Positions 38,502 to 50,481 of a stretch of 64,000 bases of DNA are shown piece after piece; position 1 is the first letter of the stretch, and every line of letters starts with the position of its first letter. The notes beneath the pieces were generated by a model. That model was given only the letters and a program-made list of their open reading frames with translations. It was not told where the DNA came from and did no database searches. The position numbers and the translations under genes were made by a program. Location: the NCBI GenBank assembly GCA_026023565.1, contig JAPETS010000022.1, forward strand, positions 62,001 through 126,000. Reading direction: 5' to 3'. The stretch comes from Cirrosporium novae-zelandiae (taxonomy: Eukaryota).

Positions 38502-40024
38502 ATGCACCGTACCTATTCTATGCGCCAGTCGCGCGCTCCTACTGCCTCTCAACTTCAGAATCCTCCACCTCCGCCCTCATCCACGAAATCCGGTCGCCTT
38601 TTTGGACGAGCAAACTTTGGTAAGTTGAATCATTCCGGCCGAGAAAACGACGATGGGGTTGAGCTCTCCAATCTGTCCTCTCCTCTACTGTTTGTGCGTG
38701 TTGCGAGCAATCCTTCAAGTCTTTAGAGTATGTCGTTATGCGCGCTACTGCTTTGGAGGGAGCCTCGGAGGCTCAAACCTATTGCTGTTTTTTTGAGCCC
38801 AAGAAACTGTTTTACCCAGTTCCGCTCCATCTATACCATCCTCAAAGTGTTGGATTGTCACCCGTTCGTCGTCTTCATTTGCCAATCAATCGATCTTGCA
38901 GGCTAACTTGTTTCCTTTTCGTTGAGCTGGTACAGGCCATGCATTTCGCAAATCCACCGCTGGTGCCTTCGGCCCCGACTTGGCAAAGAAATTATCTCAG
39001 TTGGTGAAAATGGAAAAAAATGTTATGAGGAGCATGGAGATGGTTAGCCGTGAGAGGATGGAAGTTGCGGTATGGCATAAATATAACCCTGAGGGTTTTT
39101 GTGTATATTGAATGACTGGGCTGATCATTCTCTAATAGCAACAACTATCAATTTGGGGAGAAGCCTGTGACGATGATGTGTCCGATGTGACAGACAAACT
39201 TGGTGTTTTGATCTATGAAATTGGTGAACTTGAAGATCAATTTATTGATCGATATGACCAATATCGTATAACTATCAAGAGCATCCGCAACATCGAAGCA
39301 TCTGTTCAACCGAGCCGAGACCGTAAGTGTCTACTCGCTCCCTTCTTTATACCGATGACTTACGCTTTGCTCAGGCAAACAAAAAATCACCGACCAGATC
39401 GCCCAACTCAAATACAAAGAACCAAACTCTCCTAAGATCGTTGTTCTCGAACAAGAACTTGTCCGCGCTGAGGCCGAATCCTTGGTCGCCGAGGCTCAAC
39501 TCTCCAACATCACTCGCGAGAAGCTCAAAGCGGCTTTCAACTATCAATTCGATGCCCTCCGCGAACACTGTGAAAAGCTCGCTATAATTGCTGGCTACGG
39601 GAAACATCTACTAGAACTGGTTGATGATACACCAGTGACACCCGGCGAATCGAGGCCCGCATATGATGGATATGAAGCTAGCAAGGCTATTATTCAGGAT
39701 TGTGAGGATGCTCTTACAAACTGGGTACAACAAAATGCATCTGTGCACAGCAAACTAAGCACTCGCGCTCGTACACTTTCGCAGCGTCGAAAGAGTAGAG
39801 TTCGTGCCAATGCTGGAGGTGAAGGCCTCGATCTAGCTTCGCAAGATAGAGAATTGAAAGAACGAGATGGCTGGGTCCCTGCTGATCAGCATGACGAGTA
39901 TCATCGTGGATCAGTGGAAGACGAGGAAGATGAGCTTCAATCCGAGGATGAGGCTACTGTGGAAGGAGATAGCATGGTCAACGGAGAGCGTCGAGGGCGG
40001 GAGCAGACAGCCATTGAGGCTTGA
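38502..40024 (+). CDS. PIL1: Eisosome BAR-domain protein of the Pil1/Lsp1 family; introns 38620..38935, 39070..39138 and 39323..39374
   Basis: MHRTYSMRQSRAPTASQLQNPPPPPSSTKSGR, FGPDLAKKLSQLVKMEK, DDVSDVTDKLG, RAEAESLVAEAQLSN and PVTPGESRPAYDGY. All introns are GT-AG and frame-consistent. Pil1 versus Lsp1 orthology cannot be resolved by eye. Confidence 0.93.
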
Positions 40025-40768
40025 TAATCCAGACCTGGGGTTCCTTGGTATGAGTAATAGGAAGAGCGAGGAGGTAATAAAGGAGAGAAGGTTTTTTGAG
40101 CGAGCGTGCAAAGGAGGTGATACCCTGCCTAGTTTCTACAAAGTCTCCCCCGGAGACACCCATCAAGACTTTGGGATTTCTAAAGGGACTTTTGCTATTT
40201 CTTTCTTACGGATTTGGGGTTTACGAAGAATACGGGTTACGGATTGCGGGTTGTGCGTTGGTGTTTTATTTTTATTTTTATTTTTATTACGAAGCTAGGG
40301 ATACATGTCTTCTTCTCTTAATTCATGGGTATACTACTGTACGTTTAGCAAACGAGGAAAAAGAGAAAAAAGAAACGGAAATGGATCTTGACAGTCAAGT
40401 TTTGAGGCTGCTGATTATTTTCTTCAACTTTCCCATGGCGTGAATTTTCTCAGGGAAAAATAGTGGTAAAATGGATAACCGGGTAGGAATACACTCCCAT
40501 ATATCAGAGCATCACTGTCATTACCATAAGTGTTTTGAAGCTTAAAGAGCTGTATTTGAATTTTGCTATCTGATGCTGCTCGATAGCCGCCGATGCATGC
40601 ATGCAAGAATCGTCTCGACCCTTCCTAGCATCCAAGACCTGGATTCAAGTCGCGAGGGCGAGCAATCCCCGAAAGCACCGAATTTTCTACGAATGCATTT
40701 CCCATCATCCGTCCATTTCGTCCTCTATCTCTCTCCATCATCATCATCCTGCTTCTTTCCTTCGTTCT

Positions 40769-42026
40769 CTAGAATTTCTGGAATGCCTTGACGGCCTTGC
40801 CGGTTCTAGGGAGAACACGGAGGACGTTGAATCGGACGGTCTTACTGAGGGGTCTGCATTGGCCGACGGTGACGATGTCACCTTCTTCAACACGGAAAGC
40901 GGGGGAAACCTGTTGGGGGATTAGTGTTTGTTGCTCTTAAACCGGTGGACGGGTCAAGGATTTCTAGATTGAGATCGTACGTGAGCAGCTAGGTTCTTAT
41001 GTCTATTTATTTGTTAGAATTTGCTTTAACATGTTAGGAGGGAATCAAAATTACCTCTTTTCATATCGCGAGTATTTATCGATATAATGAAGCTGGAGAT
41101 CGTGGTTAGTTTCCCCAAAGGTACGATATGTCGGATTAATGTAGTGACGTACGTATTCTCTACGGATAACCAAGGTACGGTGCATCTTGGTGGAGACGAC
41201 TTTGCCGCTCAGGATACGGCCTCTGATGGAAATCTCACCTGAGTTCTGTTAGATCGCGAACCTGGGGCTCATTGGAAACCGTTGTCCTTACCAACAAAGG
41301 GGCATTTCTTGTCTAGAGACATCAGTTGAGGTATCCTGGTAATGAGTAGACCATGTCCATCCACTATAACATGGAGAGAGAACTAGACGTACCGATATAA
41401 GTGCCTTCAATTGCGGTTTTGGGGGTACGGAACCCGAGACCAACATCCTTATACCTGAGAGAAGAGTCAACACCGACTCTTTGAATTATAAATCCTGAGT
41501 TCGCACCATCTTCGGCCTCCCTTTCCCTTCCTGGTGGCCTTTGTGGTCTTCTTGGGGTTGACGAAAATGTGAGGCTGTTTCTGAAAAGCGCGTTCGCTTT
41601 GGACCTGAGGTGTATATTATTAGTACGCATCCTAGCAAATATCAAGTCATGAATATTTGCCCATCACCACCTTTGAAGTAAAAACACGCATGCAATACTG
41701 AGCCGGCTCTCTATGTTCGACGATGCTGAAAGTTGGATTTCCTAGTTATGGCTCCAATATCTATGCTCAAGAGCTAAGTCTATACATCATATCCCGATAG
41801 AGGCCTCCCCGACTGCAGCGTGCCAATACTTCATTCGTTGGGTATGGGTAAATGATCACGATTCCCAATGCGATGGATATTGGATTGAACCTTACGGTTA
41901 ATTCGGTGGCCTAGATAACAAGCAATAAAGTCAGCACTCTTAGCTCAAATACATATAATTCACTCTGGAGTCTAGTAGAAGGTAGATGTTGCTATTATCC
42001 CCGAAAACAAGAAAGGTCCATACCAT
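40769..42026 (-). CDS. RPS11: 40S ribosomal protein S11 (uS17), 9 exons; introns 41911..42023, 41605..41895, 41455..41506, 41313..41392, 41239..41291, 41093..41152, 41003..41054 and 40910..40980
   Basis: Manual splicing gives [20 protein letters not shown]...[40 protein letters not shown]...[54 protein letters not shown]...KF*. Confidence 0.96.
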
Positions 42027-42354
42027 GATGATTTGCTGCTGTCTGGAGAGAATTGGCAACCGTCGGGGAATTCTTAAGACGTTGTTGTGTGTAGTGGGCG
42101 GCGACGAGACTTGATGTTGGAATTGAGCATTGAAATTTCGTTGTGGGTGTTAATTCGGGGCTAATCTTAACTTGGACTAGTTTTAGATTGTAGCGAGGTC
42201 GTCCTAAACAACTCTTGGCAAAGTAAACAAACTTTGGAATTGTCGCGTCACAGCTATCTTTGCGACGACAGGAACTTTGATAACATTGCAAATACTCGTC
42301 CGATGCCACCCGATGAGTTTAACTAGCGAACAAGTTCATGAATAATATTTTACA

Positions 42355-45300
42355 ATGCAGGTGGAAAAAGAGAATTTGACCATTACCGGCCCTATAAAGC
42401 CGCATAAACGCCATGCGGAGAAGAGCAAGAAGTTGCGCAGCAAGAGTATCGGCCCTGGGGGGTTGGATGCGCTAAAGGAGGAGGCTGGAAATCGACGCAA
42501 GGTACGGGAATACACTGAAGATTATCTCTTGTTATTATGAATGGATAGTAATTGCGATACATAGTCCGCCATACTCCCTATTATGACCCCGCGATCGATC
42601 CTTAAACGATATCACCCTTTATCACCGCCCAAGGGTCTCTTTGGAACAGGTCGCAGTGGGAGTCCCAGCAAGCAGCAGGGGAGAAATAGCTTGTTCGGTG
42701 ACAAAAATCGCACGATTACGGGAAACCTATCAAACCCTTTTGGTGACCTCTTAAATAAACATGACACTACGATAGCGGTGAAGTCGGAGGAACAGCAGAT
42801 GGCTGAAGCAAGGGAGCGCGAAGAGAAGGATAAGAGGGATGAGCGGCGCAAATCATTAGGTATCATCTTGAATTAATGTTCTATTGTTGATGAAGCTAAT
42901 AGCAGGTTTAGCTAGCCGTCGAGTATCGTTTGCGCCGGAGGCTACGCTACATATGTGGCACGATGAGATCGCAGAGGAGTCAACAACATCCTCCGCATCG
43001 ACTAACTCAACCCGTCGAGCATCATCCCTCTCAGCTGCCTCTTCAGAACAATCCCCCCACCATGCCCCCCAACCTCCCTCCCAAGGTTCTGATGCTTCTG
43101 AACCACCATCCACACCGCCTGAGCATATAGAAGGGTCGCATTCACCAGAAGATCAGCGGCAAGTGCACCAGAAGAAAAGAAGGCGAAGCTCTGCGATTCC
43201 ACCAATGAACTTCAATGATCCATTTGCTGAAGCTAGCGATTCTTCAAGTCCTGGGGAGTTTATTGTTGGCAGTGACGATGTTGTACCTGCAGCTGTAACA
43301 ATTGACGAGGATGTTTCTTCGAGTTCAGACAGTGGTATCGATGAGGAGGGCGGTAGCACCATGATGAGTATTGATAATGGCGACGACACTACTCGTCGCT
43401 CTATTGCGTCAAACCATTCTAGTACCAGTTCGAGTGGGACCTTAGATGCAAGACTAAGAGAAGCTGCAAGGATGGCGGGTACAAGAGGGATTGATTATGA
43501 TGAGCATGGAGACATGACAATGGAAGCGGAAATGGAAATGGAAATGGCAGACGATGAAGTCACTGCGGCTTTCCAACCCTGGTCGAGACAGGATGAATAC
43601 GTCTCGGAGCCGGTGCAAGATCTTGCTGCTGTACAGGACAAAGAAAATGCGAATCCATTTTCATCGGTTGTTAAGGCTGATACAGGGAAAAGTCTTCACG
43701 AAGTAGATGGAGATGGAGATATGACTGGAGAAATGGACATGGACATGACTACTGCTGTTGGGGGTATTCTCCCTCCAAACAACCAGGATACTTCGTCTAG
43801 CAGAACTCAACGGCGCAAATCTGTCAAGGGGAATAGGCGTCGAAGTAGCGTTGCCCGTCGTAGGTCTTCTGGGGAACGCTCTTCACTAGGCGAGGAGCCT
43901 ATGGATATAACCATGGCGATTGGAGGGATCCAAGAAATTCATGAGCAAAACGAGGAGCAGGACAAATCTGACGACATTGATGAAAATGAGGAGTTGAGTA
44001 TGGAATTTACAGCTGCGGTGGGTGGTATTCTGGGTAGAGCGCAGGCAGAAGATGAGCATCAAGGTGATGTCAAGTACCCTCAACTACCACCGAATCCTCC
44101 CTTACCGGATACTACTTCACCAACAATTGACGACTATGATGACGATGATGATATGGAGATGACAACTGCTGTTGGCGGGATTCTTCCAACAATTGAGGAA
44201 CAAACAGAGCCTTCAGAGACATCGAGGAGAATGGACTTCACAGAAGCTATCGGTGCCATTCTTCCAAAAGAATTTACCCCTGGAAACCAAGTCCAGGCCA
44301 AAGAGTTAATGCAGATGGAAACGGATGCCGGCCAAATAGCAAGCTCTCCGTTCCAGATCGAAGCTAAATCACCACCTAAATCATGGACGCCAAAACATTT
44401 AGCCGCTGTTGCGCTTGAAAATAGCAGTCCTAGCTTAATGGCTACGAGGACCCGAAGCGGTTCAAAGAGAGCGTCCGGGGCGAGGCGATCTACAACTCCC
44501 AAATCGCCGGTACAGAATGCTACTCCACAAAAGAAGCCATTGACTCCACCAAAACAACTTACCCCCCAGCCTGGGCGGCCAACAACTCCTGGAAAGACGC
44601 CTCCTAGCAAGAATGTCACGATGCGAGGGTCTTCTCCCAAAAAGCTATTCAAGCAAGCGATCAAGAATTCAACTCCCAAGCCAGCTTCAGCTAAGAAACT
44701 CTTTAATGAGGACCCAATCACTGGGATTTCCACGCCTAGTATTATCCTAAAACCTCATGAACGCCGTATCTCCGGACAAGGAATTGATAAAGAAGGTCTG
44801 GGCTCACCTCGAGTTGCTGCTCTATTAGACAGGAGAGCCTCGATTGGTGAGAGTGCAGAGGTTTTTACTCCTCAAGAAGCCAACGCGCGGGGAGTTCGCT
44901 TTGCCGATCCTCGGGAAATGGCCGAGGAGGTTGATCAAGAGCGTGAGGAAGAACAACGACGTGAAAGTGGTCGCTTCATTCTTGAACAAGAGGCCGATCT
45001 TCATGATGATGAGCAAGACATTACGGCGACCCTGAAGCACGCAATTGAGAGCTTATCTCCAAAGAAGAGGAAGGTCAATGGAAGGAAGAGTCTAGCTGTC
45101 GGGACTGCTAGAGGACTCCTTGGGAAAAGACCGGCCGAACTTGACGAGGATGAAGAGAGCGATAACGGCACGCCCAAGAGATTGAAAGGTAGAGAAGGAA
45201 GCCCCGTTAGGCAAATCCACCTTCCTCCCCCTCCTCCCAAGGACGAAATAACTGGCCGACTCACCAGATCTGTACGAAAAAGCCTTGGAATCTCAGCCGG

Positions 45301-47082
45301 AAATGGCCAACACTCCACACCCTCGACCTCCTCTCCCAGCAAAGCAGAGAAAAACAACACCACCCCCAAAGGCCAAGGACGCTTCAAGGATGCAGAAGTT
45401 GGCAGCGCGTCCAAACCTCCGCCGACTTCATTCACAGAGAAGGTGGGGACGAATGCCGAAAGAGGAGAGGAACCAGAACCCGAGCCTGAAGAGGAAGAGG
45501 AGCCAATTCATCTGAGAGATTTCTTACAGATGACGAGTATAAGGTTCATGGAACTTGATACCACAAAGCGAAGGCATACTATTGCGCCTAATGGGCTCCA
45601 AGATCAGGGCGGTGATACTGCGACAGATGGAGCCGAGAAACCTTCTTTGGAGGACTGTGTCGTAGCGGGTGCCTGTACGATACCTATGTTGGAGTTATAT
45701 CAACATGTGAGATTTCCTCAAACGCTTATTCTAAGAGAGCAATGCTAATGAATACCCCCCCTCCCATCCAGTCTTGCCGCGAACTCAAAAAGTACATCTC
45801 TGAAGGCCGCCGCGTAGCCCAGCAGATCGAACAGGATACCTATGCGGAAAACCCCCCGTTATTCCGCGAATACATCTCGGCTCCCCCCGACCTCAAGATC
45901 TTCATGGACAATCAATTCAAGAACGTAAAAACGTACGCCCGCCTCAACAGCAAGGCAACGTGGTATGACTGGCGCATGAAGCTCGTCGAAGGTGTCAAAA
46001 ACGGACTGGAGCCGCATCTGCAAGGCATGAATAAAGACGAGGAGGTTCTAGGAAAGATACAAGCCATCCTAGATAAAACATTACCAGAGTTAGTAGAAAA
46101 GCACGATCAGCTCAAGAAGGAGTGCAAGCGGCTCGAAGAGAATGCCGAAGCACTCGAGAACTGCGACCAGGATAAGCTCCAGGATGCAAGAGAACGTCTC
46201 CTCGCCGTCGACGAGCAGCTAGAAGCGAAGCAAGAAGTAGTCTCGGAGCTGCAAGCCCAACTTCAAGAAAAGGAAGAGGCGCTAGAACAAGCCACGCAAA
46301 AGAAGCAGGCCTGGCTGGAGGAGATCCAGGAAGCAGAGAAGATCAAGGAAGAGTTCAAGGGTTACAGCGTCGGCGAGGTGGCGGCACTGAAATCGCGCGT
46401 CGATGCCCTCGAAAAGAAACACGGCTGGGCCATCTCCGCCGCCTCCCCAACCTCCCTCACAATGACATACCGAAAACAACTCCAGCTCGTCTTCTCCCCC
46501 AACTCCTTCCTCCCCAACAACCCGGCCATCACCATCCTACAAAACCCAAATCCCACACCCATAAGCCTCACCTATATCGATTCCTCCTCCGACCCCCTAT
46601 CACTACCAACAGAAAAACGATTCTTCCTCCAAGCTATCCAAGCAACCCTCCACGCCCTTCCCCAATCCCAAACCCGCATAGCACACCTCCTCCACTGCAT
46701 CAGCCAACCCTGGGACCGTGCCCTCTCCACCTCCTCCCAAATTTCATCCCTCCACCTCACAAACCCCGTTTCCGTAAATATCGTTTCCGATAACCTGCTC
46801 GCCGTTAAAACGTCCATGCTCATCAAACCGTTGCGAACAAAGGTCTCGGTTACTTTTTATGTGCAGTATTATTCTTCTTATGATGGAGATGGTGATAGTG
46901 ATGAGGATATGGGAATAAAGAACAAGAATAAAACTCCTCCTTCAGAGGTCAAAATCATATATGGAGAGCAATTTAAATTAGCGAGTATGGAAAAGTTTCT
47001 AGAAACTATGGCGGCGGAACGGGGGAGGGGGTGGGGGGATGTGGTGAGGGAGTTGGAGGGGAGGTTGAGGGAGAGTAGGTAA
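42355..47082 (+). CDS. SPC105: Kinetochore scaffold Spc105/Spc7/KNL1; introns 42502..42564, 42860..42911 and 45707..45771
   Basis: SILK and RRVSF PP1-docking motifs, MELT-like repeats (MDMTTAVGGI, MDITMAIGGI, MEFTAAVGGI, MEMTTAVGGI, MDFTEAIGAI), Spc7 domain (LRDFLQMTSIRFM, PMLELYQH|SCREL, WYDWR) and coiled coil. Confidence 0.92.
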
Positions 47083-47958
47083 GGGAGGGGGTTATTTTTT
47101 CTTGTTGTTATTGTTGCAGTTTTTTTGGCATGAGGGATGGATGGATGGATTGATGGATAGGTACTCAGGTGGGTGGTTGAGGGATGGTTGAGAGGGGATT
47201 GTAATTAGGAATAGGCGTGCATGGGTGTTTTTATATCTGACTGGAACTGGAACTGGAACTGGATTGGGTTTGGTTTGGGTCTGGTTTGGGTGGACAGGAA
47301 GAGTTTTCATTTCATGAATATTGGAATGGCGTACTTTACTTTACCTTCAGCCTAGGAATCATTGATGGATGGTTATGGTTATGGTTGATAAGGTTAAATA
47401 AAGCGAAACAGGTCAGATGCAGATGTGAATAACCAAATTACTACCTACCACATACATTTGTAATTACAGACAGCCTGAGGAAAGAACTTAAATTTACAAA
47501 TTACGAAATAGTTATCTATCGCTTCAAGGATACAAATCAAATTCACTTAACAAAAAAAAGGTTGATTCATTTCATGATAACCATTAGATAGTAATAAACC
47601 ATGCTTTCTTTTCTATCCATCCATAAAAAGCAAGCAAGATATCTATGAGTGTTTGTGTTTAATAACAAGGGGTATTCGTCATCTTCGGTCCTTTCCTTTC
47701 CTTTCTTCCATGCAATCAATTGATATCGTTCATCACCCGTATCAATTTTCTGAATCCATATCATACTACTGTCCAGCCCATCCATTTCCCGCATCATTGT
47801 CCATTGGAATATCAAAAATTCAATATCAGACCAGGGTATCTGCGCCTCAAGAACACCTTGTAATGCCCAACCATCCCATGCGCCACATGCTTGCTTGAGA
47901 AACCTGTCACCGAAAACATAAAAACTAGCCAAAATCACCACCGAGGTTCCTCAATCAC

Positions 47959-48997
47959 TTAAACATGCTCATGTCTGAAGGGCTCGTAGGCTGTTCCCTT
48001 CTGTTGCTGGGGGTTTTGCTGTCCCATATGATATCCACCCTGTTGTACATTCTGGAGTGGAACATTGGACTCCTGTCCTGGAACGGGGGCTCCATATGCA
48101 CTTTGTCTGCTTGCACCGTATGGGCTCTCAACTCTCTCATATGTGTATGGAGTCTTCTCGACCTTGAAACCACGGTTCTTGCGTGGGTTACTTGACTGGC
48201 CACTGCAGCAGCAGCTACTCAAGAGCCAGAAGATAGACGCTGCGCATGCGAATACGGTCCCGAACCAGGTTGCGATGTAGGCGCTGCGGCCCATACTACC
48301 ATGGATACCATAGTCCTTTAGCGCAGAGTTGAAGCTTGCGGTGATTGTAGCATAGAGGGCAGTTGCGGTGATGGAAGCAGCAAGAGTAAAAACAGCAGCA
48401 ATAGAAGAGGTAATGGTGGTTATAAGACTGCCCAATCGGGAGCACAATGCGAAGGCCGAAAGAGCGAGTGTGGCACCGAGGAAGATGATGGAGATAAGGT
48501 AGGCAATGTTTAGCCAGTGGCTGACTTTCTTGTCGATCTTGATAGCTTTTTCGAGGGAGTCGGGAATCAAATCATCGACCAGGTCAGAGATGGTGGAATC
48601 AGAGTCGTTAAGATTGAGGATTTCGATGGGGTCGAAGAAGAAGCTGAAGCTCGGCGAGGAGCATGACGTTACGTTGTATTTGGTGGTACCGGTGGTGTTG
48701 GAGGTATCACCTTTGCAGTAGGTGTAGAGGGAAGCGGTATAGAAATCAGAGACATTAAGAGCAGTGGAGTAGGTGCTATTTTCTATCCGTGCCTATAGAG
48801 AAGAGACTGTTAGTATTGTATTGTTTGATTTGGCTTGTATTGTAGTGAGCGAAGCTTACCCTGAAGAAGTACATATTGGTTTCGGTGCTTGAATTAGAAT
48901 TCCAGCCACCAACACACACCAAAATAACGCAGATGAAGGCTGCAACGGTGAAGGCGACAGGCGTGAAGATACACGCAAATCGACCGACTTTACCCAT
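47959..48997 (-). CDS. SUR7/PalI family tetraspan membrane protein; intron 48793..48859
   Basis: N-terminal TM helix, extracellular loop DFYTASLYTYCKG...CSSPSFSFFFDP (Sur7-type Cys pair), three more TM segments, a SCCC cluster and a polar tail. Confidence 0.88.
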
Positions 48998-49330
48998 GAT
49001 GAGAGTTATTGATTGGGTAGATAGGTAGATTTGTTGATAGAGTTAGGTTTTGGCTAATCTATCTGATAATGATTTTGAAGATAGATAGGTAGATAGGTAG
49101 GAGAAGCTGATGATTTAAATATGTCAAATGAGGAAATAATTGTGATGAGGAATGAAATGTAAAAAAGAATAGGAAAGAACGAAGGAAGTAGTAAACTAAA
49201 TATCTGAATCGAAGGATGGATGAATTTGATTGATGACAAGTCTTAGCAGCTTACGAAAACAGGAAGGCTGTGGGAGGCTTCGTGGACACAGAGAACTTCT
49301 GTGAGTTGGACATTTTCTTTGCTACCAACT

Positions 49331-50042
49331 TGCGCCACATCTTTTTACCTCCACCAGTCCAGCCTTCCAGTCCTGACCAATCTTGGCCCTGACCAGCCTG
49401 ACAAGGGTCCCCAAGGTTAATTCAATATCAAACACAGGTCCGCAACACCATCAATTCGCTCATGTCAATCAATGCCTATTGTTGATTATTGATAATAATT
49501 ATATTTCCATCTTATTATTTACTTGGCAGAAAAAAATGATAAACAAATAAAAAGATAAAGGATAAAAGATAAAAGACAAAAAAGACAAAAAGACCAAAAA
49601 AGACAAAAAGACCAAAAAAAACCAAAAGGGCAGGATCAACAATCGAGCAATTTCGCTACGTCAAGGTGGTAGTTAATTTCCAGCCACCTTCTTGGCATCA
49701 AGGCTAAAGTCAAACCAGACGTACCACCGCTAATCCGAATGAGGGTTGTCCTCTTCGGTTAGTCCCCCAACTTCCTTCACTCAGCCTCATAAGCCCAGCT
49801 CCAATTGGGTCCTATGAGCTAATGCTACTGAGTACTACGTAATCTAAAAATATCAGCCCAGCCCAACCCCCAACCCAGCTTTGATCAACTTCTTACCGTT
49901 AATTAATTATCCGTCATGAGACTTGGAAAAGCCCTAACTCGGGAAACTTGAATTGAAGCTTGAAACCTTGAAACCTGGACCTCCCTCGAAACCGTGCCAA
50001 AAAAACCCTCTACCACATTTACAATTTACCAGGTACGCCAAG
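49331..50042. promoter_or_regulatory. Cluster of PacC-type (GCCAAG x4) and Crz1-type sites upstream of the SUR7-family gene
   Basis: CTTGGC at 49382, 49522 and 49691; GCCAAG at 50037; TGCGCCAC at 49331; CAGCCAC at 49681; CAGCCTC at 49782. Confidence 0.5.
49548..49627. repeat. A-rich degenerate tandem repeat (ATAAAAG grading into ACAAAAAG/ACCAAAAAAG units)
   Basis: Seen directly in the SUR7-family promoter. Confidence 0.75.
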
Positions 50043-50385
50043 TATCTGTATCACAGTAGTAGCACCGCAGTTACGTGTGTCTCTCATCAATAATCAGCCT
50101 TGCTCTCAATTGAATTAACAGATTGTACAACATCCTTTATTTTCCTCACATTTCGCCCGACGCGTAACCTTGTTAGACCGTACTCGAGTAGGTTTTTGAT
50201 GTCATTCATAACCCGCACTGGCCTCCCACTTTTTTACCCTACCAGACCTATCCATTAGCCCCACTCTATCCGAAACCACTCCCCCCCCCACCTAAACAAC
50301 CCAAGTCAAAAAAAAAAATTCAAACCAGTCTAGTCTAACTAATTCTTAATAGCCACAACAACAAAAAAGGAACAAAAACGAGAAT

Positions 50386-50481
50386 TGGTCGACGTCGGGA
50401 TCGAACCGACGACCTTCCCCGTTTTTGCTGCACACTGCTGGAGCTGTAAAGGGGAAATCATAACCACTAGACTAGTCGACC
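50386..50481 (-). tRNA. tRNA-Val(TAC) with a 23-nt intron (50422..50444)
   Basis: Minus strand reads GGTCGAC TA GTCTAGTGGTTATGAT T TCCCC TT TAC A [intron] C GGGGA AGGTC GTCGG TTCGATC CCGAC GTCGACC A. The acceptor, anticodon and T stems all pair, A and B boxes are present, and T-runs follow downstream. Confidence 0.95.

Noticed and set aside
44134..45435. Long antisense ORFs (199 aa, 144 aa) inside SPC105, and similar ones in FAB1, RAD2 and KMT6
   Set aside because: Shadow ORFs arising from the codon composition of the real genes; no independent motifs.
38502..48997. PIL1 and a SUR7-family gene as an eisosome gene cluster
   Set aside because: They are separated by unrelated RPS11 and SPC105, and the SUR7-family member may not be the eisosomal Sur7 orthologue.
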